A DNA stretch of 64,000 bases, from assembly GCA_965235115.1 (NCBI GenBank), contig OZ249441.1, forward strand, positions 17,732,001-17,796,000, written 5' to 3'. The stretch is from Laetmonice hystrix. Taxonomy: Eukaryota. Position 1 is the stretch's first letter. Each line of letters starts with the position of its first letter. Shown in pieces: positions 12,144 through 24,560 of the stretch. Position numbers and translations under genes: made by a program. Under the pieces are notes generated by a model. That model was not told the origin of the DNA and did no database searches. It worked only from the letters and a program-made list of their open reading frames with translations.

Positions 12144-13537
12144 ATATTCTGACAGTAAGGAGAATGATGAGGAGTGATATTCTGACAGTAAGGAGAATGA
12201 TGAGGAGTGATATTCTGACAGTAAGGAGAATGATGAGGAGTGATATTCTGACAGTAAGGAGAATGATGAGGAGTGATATTCTGACAGTAAGGAGAATGGT
12301 GAGGAGTGATATTCTGACAGTAATTAAGGAGAATGACGAGGAGTGATATTCTGACAGTAAGGAGAATGATGAGGAGTGATATTCTGACAGTAAGGAGAAT
12401 GATGAGGAGTGATATTCTGACAGTAAGGAGAATGATGAGGAGTGATATTCTGACAGTAAGGAGAATGACGAGGAGTGGTATTCTGACAGTAAGGAGAATG
12501 ACGAGGAGTGATATTCTGACAGTAAGGAGAATGATGAGGAGTGATATTCTGACAGTAAGGAGAATGATGAGGAGTGATATTCTGACAGTAAGGAGAATGA
12601 TGAGGAGTGATATTCTGACAGTAAGGAGAATGATGAGGAGTGATATTCTGACAGTAAGGAGAATGACGAGGAGTGATATTCTGACAGTAAGGAGAATGAT
12701 GAGGAGTGATATTCTGACAGTAAGGAGAATGGTGAGGAGTGATATTCTGACAGTAAGGAGAATGATGAGGAGTGATATTCTGACAGTAAGGAGAATGATG
12801 AGGAGTGATATTCTGACAGTAAGGAAAATGATGAGGAGTGATATTCTGACAGTAAGGAGAATGATGAGGAGTTATATTCTGACAGTAAGGAGAATGACGA
12901 GGAGATGATATTCTGACAGTAAGGAGAATGATGAGGAGTGATATTCTGACAGTAAGGAGAATGACGAGGAGTGATATTCTGACAGTAAGGAGAATGATGA
13001 GGAGTGATATTCTGACAGTAAGGAGAATGATGAGGAGATAATATTCTGACAGTAAGGAGAATGACGAGGAGTGATATTCTGACAGTAAGGAGAATAATGA
13101 GGAGATATATTCTGACAGTAAGGAGAATAATGAGGAGATATATTCTGACAGTAAGGAGAATAATGAGGAGATATATTCTGACAGTAAGGAGAGTGATGAG
13201 GAGATATATTCTGACAGTAAGGAGAATGACGAGGAGTGATATTCTGACAGTAAGGAGAATGATGAGGAGTGATATTCTGACAGTAAGGAGAATGACGAGG
13301 AGTGATATTCTGACAGTAAGGAGAATGACGAGGAGTGATATTCTGACAGTAAGGAGAATGACGAGGAGTGATATTCTGACAGTAAGGAGAATGATGAGGA
13401 GATATATTCTGACAGTAAGGAGAATGATGAGGAGATATATTCTGACAGTAAGGAGAGTGATGAGGAGTGATATTCTGACAGTAAGGAGAATGATGAGGAG
13501 TGATATTCTGACAGTAAGGAGAATGATGAGGAGTGAT
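12144..13537. repeat. Minisatellite, 33-bp unit, ~42 copies
   Basis: Unit GATATTCTGACAGTAAGGAGAATGATGAGGAGT with clustered 32-bp variants. Explains the ORFs at 11821-13574. Confidence 0.97.
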
Positions 13538-13711
13538 TGATTGAACACTCCGACGAGTTAAGTATGGGTGTCATTTACACAGACTCAAGCAACTTGACCT
13601 CCTTGACGAAACGGGCGGATGTTTCATTACTAAGAGTGTCACAGAATTTCTTACCAGCAATGTCAGAATACCACGAGTAAAACATTGGTGCATTAATGTT
13701 CTCTACCTTAC

Positions 13712-13826
13712 CAAGGTTAGATATTTGGTCAGCTAGCGCCATCAGGTCACCCACGCGGCATCTGAACTGATGGGTTTTCCAGGCCGCACCAGCAAGAGGC
13801 AGCAACTGCCTCCGGCAAGTCGACTT
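13712..13826 (-). CDS. Candidate exon KSTCRRQLLPLAGAAWKTHQFRCRVGDLMALADQISNL
   Basis: CATCTGCCTAG acceptor and TTG|GTAAGG donor on the minus strand. 115 nt, open. Confidence 0.35.
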
Positions 13827-16800
13827 CTAGGCAGATGCCATGAAATTAAATCCGCGTCCAGCGATGGAATTCTTCCAATACTTGGGTTATTACATGCTGC
13901 TTTCTATGGCAGGCTCGATATGTGTACGAATCAGTGGTAAATCATAATAAATTTACTGCCACCATCCATACGGAGCGTAAATCGGCATCTGCTGCATTGT
14001 CGGCATATTTTGACTGCGAGAGAAAGCGCCTACGGTCGATGTGGAAGTCGTGTACACCATGGGAATGTTCCACCTCCACACGGGACGACTGGCAAGGGTT
14101 GTGACAGGAGGTGTCCTCCCTGGTCGTTTTCATGCCTCACTTTGTAAAGTATTTAAATTATTCTAGGGTATATGTTGTCAGCTCTGTACAGACATTTATC
14201 ATTTTCACCCACACCTAACTAGCCTAACGTCAAGAGCAAAGATGTCATTTTTCATAAATTATCCCTTTTTTTATGAATCCCATTGTAAATCTTGATCTTC
14301 TAATTAAAGTATCTATCAAACAAGTGTTCCAACTGTGGTGTGAGTGGTCGTTAGGAACAGGCGGTCTCCGCATTCAGCTGTCCATTCGAATTAGTAGGAC
14401 GGTGAAAAAGACCGACGTGCTTGTATTGATGAGACCTCGACACCTCTCCTCAGACCCCGGCCGTCGCTCGTGCCATAACTCTGGCTACGTTGGGCGATTG
14501 TTGGCGAGACGTTGGAATGCCGGTGTCTTTGATAGTGTGACGTTGAGCTAGCCCTCCGCCGAGACACACATACCACACAGACAGCCCCGGACCACCGGAT
14601 CAAGAACTGCCGGACGCAGGGCGACAAGGATCCGTCACCGGCAATTTATGGCTGTGGATAGAAACAATGAAAACGTGCTTTATGACAAAACGTGTTTACA
14701 ATATGGGATAGATTGAGTGGTAGCGGACGTTGAGGTTCGAACATAGACCAGAAGGCCACACTCTGTAGTCGATTGGATGTTTTGGCATCTCGGGGTGAAA
14801 AAATAGGGGTTGTATTGTTTTGTGAGGTAGTCTTTACACACCAAGGGGCAGGCCTAAGTGGTGAGCATGATGGTTGGTTAATAAGGACAGACGGACGTTA
14901 CCAGTGACGTATATCAATCAGGATATAAGACAGTCAGCCTGCGTGCCGTGTCTCTCTTGTAGTTCGTATAGATGGTGAAGGACATAGACCCAGTGCTGTG
15001 GACAAGGCCTGGGGGTACTAACTGACTTTGAGTTTGTTTACCGTAGACTCCGTGAGCTCTCATATAGCTTAATGATCGGGTTGGGACGGGAGAAACTGAT
15101 CCGGACCTGATGCACTGACCCACAGAGTGGAATGTCGTCTGGTTGGGACGGACCGGGCCCAGGATCAATGTGAGATTGGCCAGGCGGGCCGCGCTGTGGG
15201 CGGTGGTGGTGAGAGTCGGCACCGCGCGGTAAAAATCGCGCGCCGCACTGACTGCCCCGAGTCGGTCTCAACAGTCGTCTGCTGACCAGCGTCCTGTAAT
15301 ACCGGCCGACGCCACCAGGGGGCACTGCCCACTGCACCCAACCCTGATGAGAGCACGCCCGACATCTGCCAGGGTATTTTACCTGTTAGAAACCAAGACG
15401 TCCTGGTTTCTTATTAATGCACGGATCAGATTTGCAGCCAAAATGAGGACGCGAGGACACAAAGAAAGTGTGAGACGCTGCCTTGACTTATTAATGAATA
15501 ACTCTGTGGCTACGCTGAGATTCAACCATTGTTAGGCCTGGAGATCCGAATAGGTTCCAGACTGCTAAATATTACATCACGTATGATGGAAATAGCAGCT
15601 GTGCTGATCAAAACAATCAGCAAGTTATTGTGAAGTACATGATACTATTTTCCATCCCATTTTTCTTATAAATCCATGGTCTTTCGCAGGTTTAGGTCTG
15701 CTACGTAATTGTGCACTGGTATGCTGATTGGTAAATTGCTAGGGCACCCATGCGATATATTAGTCACAAAGCTATGACCGAGGTACACAACTAAGGAATT
15801 AAGTGAGAAATGTTGGCCTTGAACGCATATGTACAGGGATCCAAATGTGATATTTAAAAACTAGCGATGAGAATGTTTGCGGTATGCAATGGGCCATTTT
15901 CTGGCTAGTTTTTCGTACTGTTCCCGTCAGTTTGTAGTAACAGGGCAGTAACGACCACGCCTAGCGGCGAATACGGGAACTACCACCGTGCCGCTTTCAG
16001 TAAGATCGTTTGGCGGTCGTGGAAAGCTGGGTCGAGGACGGATCATGTAGTGGGCATTCTTGAGATGTTTATATATCGGTAATGGTTATGGTTTTTATTA
16101 AAATGAGCCCCAGGGACTCTCAAGTTTATACCTAGTTAGTGATGTGATAAGGCCACATATCCATGGATCTGCCCCTCTATGCTATGTAGCCATACATTTA
16201 TTAAAGTGGATTTCAATAGTGGCAGATTAAAGGAATGATCACCCTAGTTGAGCTAGTCATATTATCCACTTATACAACAGCGGTCCAAGCAGCATGGCAA
16301 ACAACACAACACCTTAACCAAAGACAGCATGGACAGTGAGTGATGACTGGCGGCGGCGCTTGTAGCGTGCCAGTCGGAATGGGTGGTGCCCCCTAGCAGA
16401 AACAGTAAGAACTAATCGGCCTTGTCCTTTTCCCGTGTGATCTATAGACCGAGATTTGTAAACTTGTTGCCTTTCTCAAACCTGCAGTTAGACGTGTTCC
16501 TCCAGATGACTTTACACAACGCACTACAATGACATAAAAACATGGACTTTTTTCTTGTGCATGATGGAGGTTTGATAGGCTGCGCCATTTCCGCCTCTCG
16601 CGGATCTTCAGAAGGTTTTATTTTGAGGGACCTTAATTTGGATGTTTCCTGCCCCATGCCTCTACTTAGGAAGGTACCGATATATATCTGTGTTAGTGTT
16701 CAAGTATTTTATGATTGGCAACTCGAAACCATTTTTGCAAACACACTTTTAATATAAGCGCCTTGCATTATTTGGAAAGATTTTTTTTTCCAACTGTCGT

Positions 16801-18172
16801 GCTGTCGTCGCGCACTTCCGGATCGTGAAAAGGAGGTCCAACAGGAACAAATTGGCAAAGGTTTGGATGATTAACGAGTATAGAATAAATTCTATACCCG
16901 TTGGGGTGATTAAGCCGGGAGCTTGATATTACCGGGAACATCCTGTCCTGTACAACCCTAGGTGTATGTATACTGCTATATATAGTCCTATTAGAAGGTT
17001 TTGGTATAAGTGGGTAGGTGAGAGCGTGTTGATAGGGTGTGAGAGAGGTTTGTCTGTCTGTCGGTCGGTGGGTAGGAACCCGTTGAGTTCAGTGTCTCGT
17101 GACAGACTCCAGGCGGGAGGTACGAACGGCGCCCACAGTGGAATGTCCGAGGATTGACAGTCAAAACAAGGCCCTGTCCTGGTCAGCACGGGGGGCTATT
17201 ATCAGGGTCGCCTGGGGGGCCGGCTGATCCCGGTCTGGTCATCCCGTCCGACCCTCGCCCTCCCCCGACATAACGACTCTCACCACGCCCCCACTCCGTC
17301 CCTCGGCCGATCCATACACGTAACCGGCCGATCGGAACCCACCGTTCTCTCAGATATAATAGAGAGAGGTATGACGGCCAGGTCAAAGGTCGCGTACCCT
17401 CGCGGTAGGGCTCTGCTGATGGGTTTAGCATCTGTCACCAGGGGGCGCTGAGGAAGCGGAGGGGTTGTGTGGACGGATGTCGCGGGTTGCTGGTTGATCC
17501 TGCCGCAAGACGCTGGCTACTCCTCTTGTAACCATGGTTCCAGCCTTGCGATGATCTTGGCAGACTCCTGGACCCGTATCGTGGGGTCAGTAAGAAATTA
17601 GCTGTTGCCATCCTTGCAAGTACATGTATCGGTATGCCCGCCTCTATCTCCTATTGGGGTTAGGGACCTATACTTTCAGGCCAGGCTCAGCACAAACATC
17701 GGCTTAGATCTATAGTTTATTATTATGTGACTTCTCCAAACGCGAAATGGAGACTTCTGTCAGTTGCTCTATCAAAAGTTTGTGTTCGGTCAGTCTGTAA
17801 GGATTAGAAAAGGCTGCTATCAGTTGCTAGCTGTTCGTGAAGATTTCTTGTCTTACTTCGCTCTCCAATAGTTTACTCGAAATATTCTGTCTGCCAAGGT
17901 TTCTTCAATGTGATGTATCTGGGGAGTATATCTGGCGCTGCTATCTGCCAAGATGTCATCGTCACCCTATCTGATAGCACTTCACAGAGCCGAGAGGCCG
18001 ACCAGTCGTGGGTTTATTGGACATTAAACCTGGGGCCTGCTGTCGTACGGCCCGGACGGGCGCCCACCATCGCCTCAACCCGACCGTTTACCTTCTCTAA
18101 CCGTAATCGTAATCCCTGCTGTGTCTACTGGGCTTCTAATCTGATTAGGTGCGTTAATTATCAGACGGGATG

Positions 18173-18200
18173 GTGTGTGTGTGTGTGTGTGGGGGGGGGG
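18173..18200. repeat. (GT)9 microsatellite followed by G10
   Basis: Read directly from sequence. Confidence 0.9.
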
Positions 18201-18360
18201 TGAGGACTGGCATTAATGAGTTGTGCCCATTTGGTCACGTGATTTTAAAAAAACTTGATTCTTTCTCCTTTTTGGACACAAAGAAATGATAGTAAACTCC
18301 CTTTTTGTTTTCTATAACTAATACTACTGGTAAAAGGACCATTGAGATATATCCAGAAAT

Positions 18361-20124
18361 TCAATGGACCTTTACCAGTAGTATTAGATAGAGAATGACC
18401 TATACGTATTTCTGGATATCTCAATGGACCTTGACCAGTAGTATTAGATAGAGAATGACGTGTACGTATTTCTGGATATCTCAATGGACCTACCAGTAGT
18501 ATTAGATAGAGAATGACGTGTACGTATTTCTGGATATATCAATGGACCTTTACCAGTAGTATTAGATAGAGAATGACCTGTACGTATTTCTGGATATCTC
18601 AATGGACCTACCAGTAGTATTAGATAGAGAATGACCTGTACGTATTTCTGGATATCTCAATGGACCTTTACCAGTAGTATTAGATAGAGAATGACCTGTA
18701 CGTATTTCTGGATATCTCAATGGACCTTTACCAGTAGTATTAGATAGAGAATGACCTATACGTATTTCTGGACATCTCAATGGACCTTTACCAGTAGTAT
18801 TAGATAGAGAATGACTTATACGTATTTCTGGACATCTCAATGGACCTTTACCAGTAGTATGAGATAGAGAATGACCTATACGTATTTCTGGATATCTCAA
18901 TGGACCTTTACCAGTAGTATTAGATAGAGAATGACCTATACGTATTTCTGGATATCTCAATGGACCTTTACCAGTAGTATTAGATAGAGAATGACCTGTA
19001 CGTATTTCTGGATATCTCAATGGACCTTTACCAGTAGTATTAGATAGAGAATGACTTATACGTATTTCTGGATATCTCAATGGACCTTTACCAGTAGTAT
19101 TAGATAGAGAATGACCTGTACGTATTTCTGGATATATCAATGGACCTTTACCAGTAGTATTAGATAGAGAATGACCTATACGTATTTCTGGATATATCAA
19201 TGGACCTTTACCAGTAGTATTAGATAGAGAATGACCTATATACGTATTTCTGGATATCTCAATGGACCTTTACCAGTAGTATTAGATAGAGAATGACCTA
19301 TACGTATTTCTGGATATCTCAATGGACCTTTACCAGTAGTATTAGATAGAGAATGACCTGTACGTATTTCTGGATATATCAATGGACCTTTACCAGTAGT
19401 ATTAGATAGAGAATGACCTGTACGTATTTCTGGATATATCAATGGACCTTTACCAGTAGTATTAGATAGAGAATGACCTGTACGTATTTCTGGATATCTC
19501 AATGGACCTTTACCAGTAGTATTAGATAGAGAATGACCTGTACGTATTTCTGGATATCTCAATGGACCTTTACCAGTAGTATTAGATAGAGAATGACCTG
19601 TACGTATTTCTGGATATATCAATGGACCTTTACCAGTAGTATTAGATAGAGAATGACCTGTACGTATTTCTGGATATCTCAATGGACCTTTACCAGTAGT
19701 ATTAGATAGAGAATGACCTGTACGTATTTCTGGATATCTCAATGGACCTTTACCAGTAGTATTAGATAGAGAATGACCTGTACGTATTTCTGGATATATC
19801 AATGTACCTTTACCAGTAGTATTAGATAGAGAATGACCTGTACGTATTTCTGGATATATCAATGTACCTTTACCAGTAGTATTAGATAGAGAATGACCTG
19901 TACGTATTTCTGGATATATCAGTGGCGTACCCAGAAACTGGACCCAGGGGGTTGCTGGCAATAACCAACGTTGTAGGCGCTGCAAATTGGCAACAAGCGC
20001 ACCAAAACACAAACCAAAAAAAAATTTGGCAAATTGAGGGGGGTGCTTGAGCACCCCAAGCACCCACCCCCGGCACGCTACTGTATACCAGTAGTATTAG
20101 ATAGAGAATGACCTATACGTATTT
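18361..20124. repeat. Minisatellite, 60-bp unit, ~26 copies, with an inverted partial copy at its left edge and a MITE near its right end
   Basis: Unit CCAGTAGTATTAGATAGAGAATGACCTGTACGTATTTCTGGATATCTCAATGGACCTTTA aligns column-wise in the 60-nt lines. Confidence 0.97.
19920..20083. mobile_element. 164-bp MITE-like insertion with CAGTGGCGT...ACGCTACTG ends
   Basis: Interrupts the 60-bp array. Terminal inverted repeat matches 8/9. Subterminal hairpin GGGTGCT-TG-AGCACCC. No clean TSD seen. Confidence 0.65.
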
Positions 20125-20710
20125 AGTCAAGGTGATCGGATGAACCCCGATATCCACACCTGGAGTAGAGTACTCATCTGACCCACGTCGTGTCAACGTT
20201 ATCGCCGACTTCCCGTCTCTGTGTGGGTGTTCTGGACATTGTCTCAAATAGGATCACCGGGACCGTTGCCGTGGGTGGGTGTGGGTGTGGATCGGGTGGG
20301 GGCCGGGCGGGGGCTGGCCCCGAGAGGTCATTAACACATCATGAACATATCGGCTCGAACTGCATGACCTGTGTATCAAAGGCTGAGTGTTGACTAAACA
20401 ATGGCCATGATGAGGGTGACAGAGGGCGCAGGGTGAGAATAGCAGCAGGGGGTTACTCGTTATATATCGGGGGGTGAGAAGGGTGTGAGTGGTTCTTGAA
20501 CACCATACAGGAGTGGGGGGGGGGGGGGGTGTTTTCGGGATGATCCACGTCATGGTGGAGGGTGACATGGCCACATCAAAGGTTAGGTGACGTGTTTCGA
20601 GGACTACTATTGTCACTACTATACGTAATGGACCATGAGCTACCGCTATCACCCACTGGTATTGGCATAGGTCCGTCCTCCCACGTATACATCCAGGTAT
20701 ATGTATGTCT

Positions 20711-21066
20711 ACTACGACACAAAGATATAAACTGGGCACTGACCAAAACTCAACAAGACTTAACGTGTTTAATGATAGAGTAATGTGTAACTACGACACA
20801 AAGATATAAACAGGCAATGACCAAAACTCAACAAGACTTAACGTGTTTAATGATAGAGTAATGTGTTAATGATAGAGTAATGATCGAGTAATGTGTTAAT
20901 GATAGAGTAATGATAGAGTAATGTGTAACTACGACACAAAGATATAAACGGGGCACTGACCAAAACTCAACCAGACTTAACGTGTTTAATGATAGAGTAA
21001 TGTGTTAATGATAGAGTAATGATCGAGTAATGTGTTAATGATAGAGTAATGATAGAGTAATGTAAC
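20711..21066. repeat. Compound repeat: 79-bp unit (3 copies) with nested expansion of AATGATAGAGT(AATGTGTT) subunits
   Basis: ACTACGACACAAAGATATAAAC starts at 20711, 20790 and 20928. Confidence 0.9.
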
Positions 21067-22678
21067 TGAGTTACAGAGATAAAATGATCACCGTACTTCC
21101 CGATCAAGCCGTGTGAGTGGTCTAAACGACCGGACACGCCCCTTGGCCGATACTACTGGCATTTCAATGTTATTATTGATTCTGGCCCGCGGCGGGGTCG
21201 CCATGTTGTACGATCTGAAGATTTATCCAAAGTCCTGTCATCAATATTAAAATAGAAACTGGGTCTTTTGTTTCTTTACGGAAAGGGGTCTAGGAGTATT
21301 ACGATATGGTAGATTTTTTTGTACAATAGCATAAAGAGAAAATGATTTACAACTAGCCTGTTTTAGGACGATGTATGTGATAGCGTGACGACCCGGAGGT
21401 CTCGACAATCTCTGTTTGATATTTTAGAGCTACCTGCAGGAGTATAAGTTATCCCAGATCGACTAAACCGACAATTATCCTAGTATTTCAACATAATAGA
21501 CCGAGTGCTCGCTGCATGGGTTGTTCCATTGAGGACAGGAAGTGCACGCATTCCATTCGTCCTCCAGCCAGTCGGATTCAGGGATCCAAACTATTTGTCA
21601 CCAATTCCCAACATATAATTTTTACTGAAACTTACATTAACTGTTTCTACCTTCTGATCCGTTTATTATTTTATATTTTCACATTTTTAGGAACGTAATG
21701 CGAGATTCGTTGCTGTGTTGTCAACTCATGAACAGGTCATTATTGCAAGGTGCTTTTGGAATGCCGCAAAATAGTCCTCAGTCCTTAAAATACCTGTAGT
21801 TTAGTTTGATCACGTTTGCCAGCAGGTGCCTGTCGGTACGGTGGTTGAGGACATATCTGTGGTCAAGGCACGTCTTACTTTGAGACGTCCCCTACATTCT
21901 CCCTGTGGGCCTGTGCAACCCGTTTTCAGTGTAGCAGAAACTACCCATGCAAAGGCTGTGTTTTGTTCCGTTTGTCAACATGAACCCAGTGGTAGTTAAA
22001 GGCAATTGGAGTCAGAGCTGGAACTGCCGGAAAGTCAATGTTAAATGTTGTTCTGGCTGAGATCAAAGTACTGAGGCGAGTAATAATGCCCTCATAGTGA
22101 GGGTCATTACTGCAGGGGACGCTAACAGAGAGCAGGTGATAAGTAGAACCAATACCTAAAGTGGTCATTGTCTTTAGGTATAGGGTATTGTTTTAACACC
22201 TATACACTAAGCTGATAATGAAGACCATTGTCAGTGGGAGCCCCTCCTTGAGCTGAAGCTTCCATCAACTGATGAATAAAGCCAGGGGATCATCTGCAAT
22301 CAGCCCATCGTGTTGTTTTAGCGCAGATATAGACGTGTTCTAGAAACATTAAAAAGGAGGATCATACTTAAGGGATTTATTTGCTATAATGTAGAATCAT
22401 TGTTCTGTCACGGCATTACCACCAAATGAATTCACCCACTGATTTTTCTCCTTAAGGTCGGATTTCGTTTACTTCTGTGGATCGGTCTCTGTTTCAAATA
22501 AATTATACAAATACACGATGAAGTTAGATGCGTGACGTCATATTGGACATATGTATGATGTGCCAGGGGGATTCCCCTAATTGACTTTGGTAAACCGTCC
22601 AGCGAGCCAACTGTGCTCCATGTTTATTGACTTTCCTTGTCGCTGGTCAATTGACAGTCGTGTTCGGGGCTCGCAAGT

Positions 22679-22746
22679 ATCCGCTCAATACACATTCATA
22701 TAAACCCGTCCATCCGCTCAATACACATTCATATAAACCCGTCCAT
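22679..22746. repeat. Exact 33-bp tandem duplication (2 copies)
   Basis: ATCCGCTCAATACACATTCATATAAACCCGTCC twice. Confidence 0.9.
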
Positions 22747-23482
22747 GCTTGGTTTCATCATGGCTGAAATGGTTTCCTTAGCGCCGAGCCTTGACCCCCG
22801 GACCGACCCGTCTGTTCGCTCATACAGGCCCCATTCAGGGCCCAGTGGGGTCCTTCCGGTCCATTCTGGTCCGTGTGGTCCGTTCATACCATCCCGGCAG
22901 TGATCAATGCCACACTACCGCACCACTCGCTAGGATCCAATCCGAGCCAGGTAAGCGGGCGGCTAGGGGTAGGGTAATGAAAACGGGGTGAGGGTGAATC
23001 AGGAGGATAGTGACAGCCGGTGGAGGGGTAAGGGGGTGTCCCTTTTCTCTAGGGGTAATTAGACTGTGCATCCTTCAACAGTTAATAGTTAAACTGACCG
23101 CCCCGGAGTTTGTTTATGTGGGTTGTGAGGACTTTTTGTGCTCTGTGTGCCCTTTGAGGCGGTAGCTCATGGTCCACACCCTGGGTGACAGGCTGGAGTC
23201 AATCAGGGCTTTGTCCACCCCGGAACATCAGATCTCATGCCGTACATACTTGTGGTGGTCGGGGGAGGGAGGGAGACAAGTGAGCGGCACAGCGACATCA
23301 GGTCCGACTTCCGCCCGACAGATAAGAGGGTCGGGAGAGGACCTCGTGGCAGAATGGGGATCAAAAGGACCCATTCATATTACCCCGTTCATTGTGACAG
23401 TGGAGTGGGGTTGGGGGGTTGGGGGTGGAGTGGGGACGGGGGCACACACCGGCTGTCATGCTCAGTGACGAGGGTGTACGTA

Positions 23483-24560
23483 TACAACACTGAACATTGA
23501 GGGATCGATAGAGCTTTGTGTCTGTCGGTGTTAGTGTTGGTCAATAGAAGTAATCGATGAGCGGTAAAGTCAACGGTTACTACAACACTGAACATTGAGG
23601 GATCGATAGAGCTTTGTGTCTGTCGGTGTTAGTGTTGGTCAATAGAAGTAATCGATGAGCGGTAAAGTCAACGGTTACTACAACACTGAACATTGAGGGA
23701 TCGATAGAGCTTTGTGTCTGTCGGTGTTAGTGTTGGTCAATAGAAGTAATCGATGAGCGGTAAAGTCAACGGTTACTACAACACTGAACATTGAGGGATC
23801 GATAGGGCTTTGTGTCTGTCGGTGTTAGTGTTGGTCAATAGAAGTAATCGATGAGCGGTAAAGTCAACGGTTACTACAACACTGAACATTGAGGGATCGA
23901 TAGAGCTTTGTGTCTGTCGGTGTTAGTGTTGGTCAATAGAAGTAATCGATGAGCGGTAAAGTCAACGGTTACTACAACACTGAACATTGAGGGATCGATA
24001 GAGCTTTGTGTCTGTCGGTGTTAGTGTTGGTCAATAGAAGTAATCGATGAGCGGTAAAGTCAACGGTTACTACAACACTGAACATTGAGGGATCGATAGG
24101 GCTTTGTGTCTGTCGGTGTTAGTGTTGGTCAATAGAAGTAATCGATGAGCGGTAAAGTCAACGGTTACTACAACACTGAACATTGAGGGATCGATAGAGC
24201 TTTGTGTCTGTCGGTGTTAGTGTTGGTCAATAGAAGTAATCGATGAGCGGTAAAGTCAACGGTTACTACAACACTGAACATTGAGGGATCGATAGGGCTT
24301 TGTGTCTGTCGGTGTTAGTGTTGGTCAATAGAAGTAATCGATGAGCGGTAAAGTCAACGGTTACTACAACACTGAACATTGAGGGATCGATAGGGCTTTG
24401 TGTCTGTCGGTGTTAGTGTTGGTCAATAGAAGTAATCGATGAGCGGTAAAGTCAACGGTTACTACAACACTGAACATTGAGGGATCGACAGGGCTTTGTG
24501 TCTGTCGGTGTTAGTGTTGGTCAATAGAAGTAATCGATGAGCGGTAAAGTCAACGGTTAC
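23483..24560. repeat. Minisatellite, 98-bp unit, 11 copies
   Basis: Unit starts at 23483, 23581, 23679 and onward. Nearly identical copies, mainly one A/G variant (GATAGAGC/GATAGGGC). Confidence 0.97.

Noticed and set aside
11821-13574. 575-, 416-, 191- and 159-aa ORFs on both strands
   Set aside because: They are products of the 33-bp array, and 1-bp deletion variants shift frame freely, arguing against coding constraint.
15343-15395. CTGATGA...GAAA hammerhead-like core
   Set aside because: The required stems around the core could not be formed.
16447-16674. Plus-strand frame interrupted by a single TGA (selenocysteine idea), and the overlapping minus ORF starting MGQETSK (myristoylation-like)
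   Set aside because: No SECIS or selenoprotein motif was recognised, and neither frame has convincing splice or homology support.
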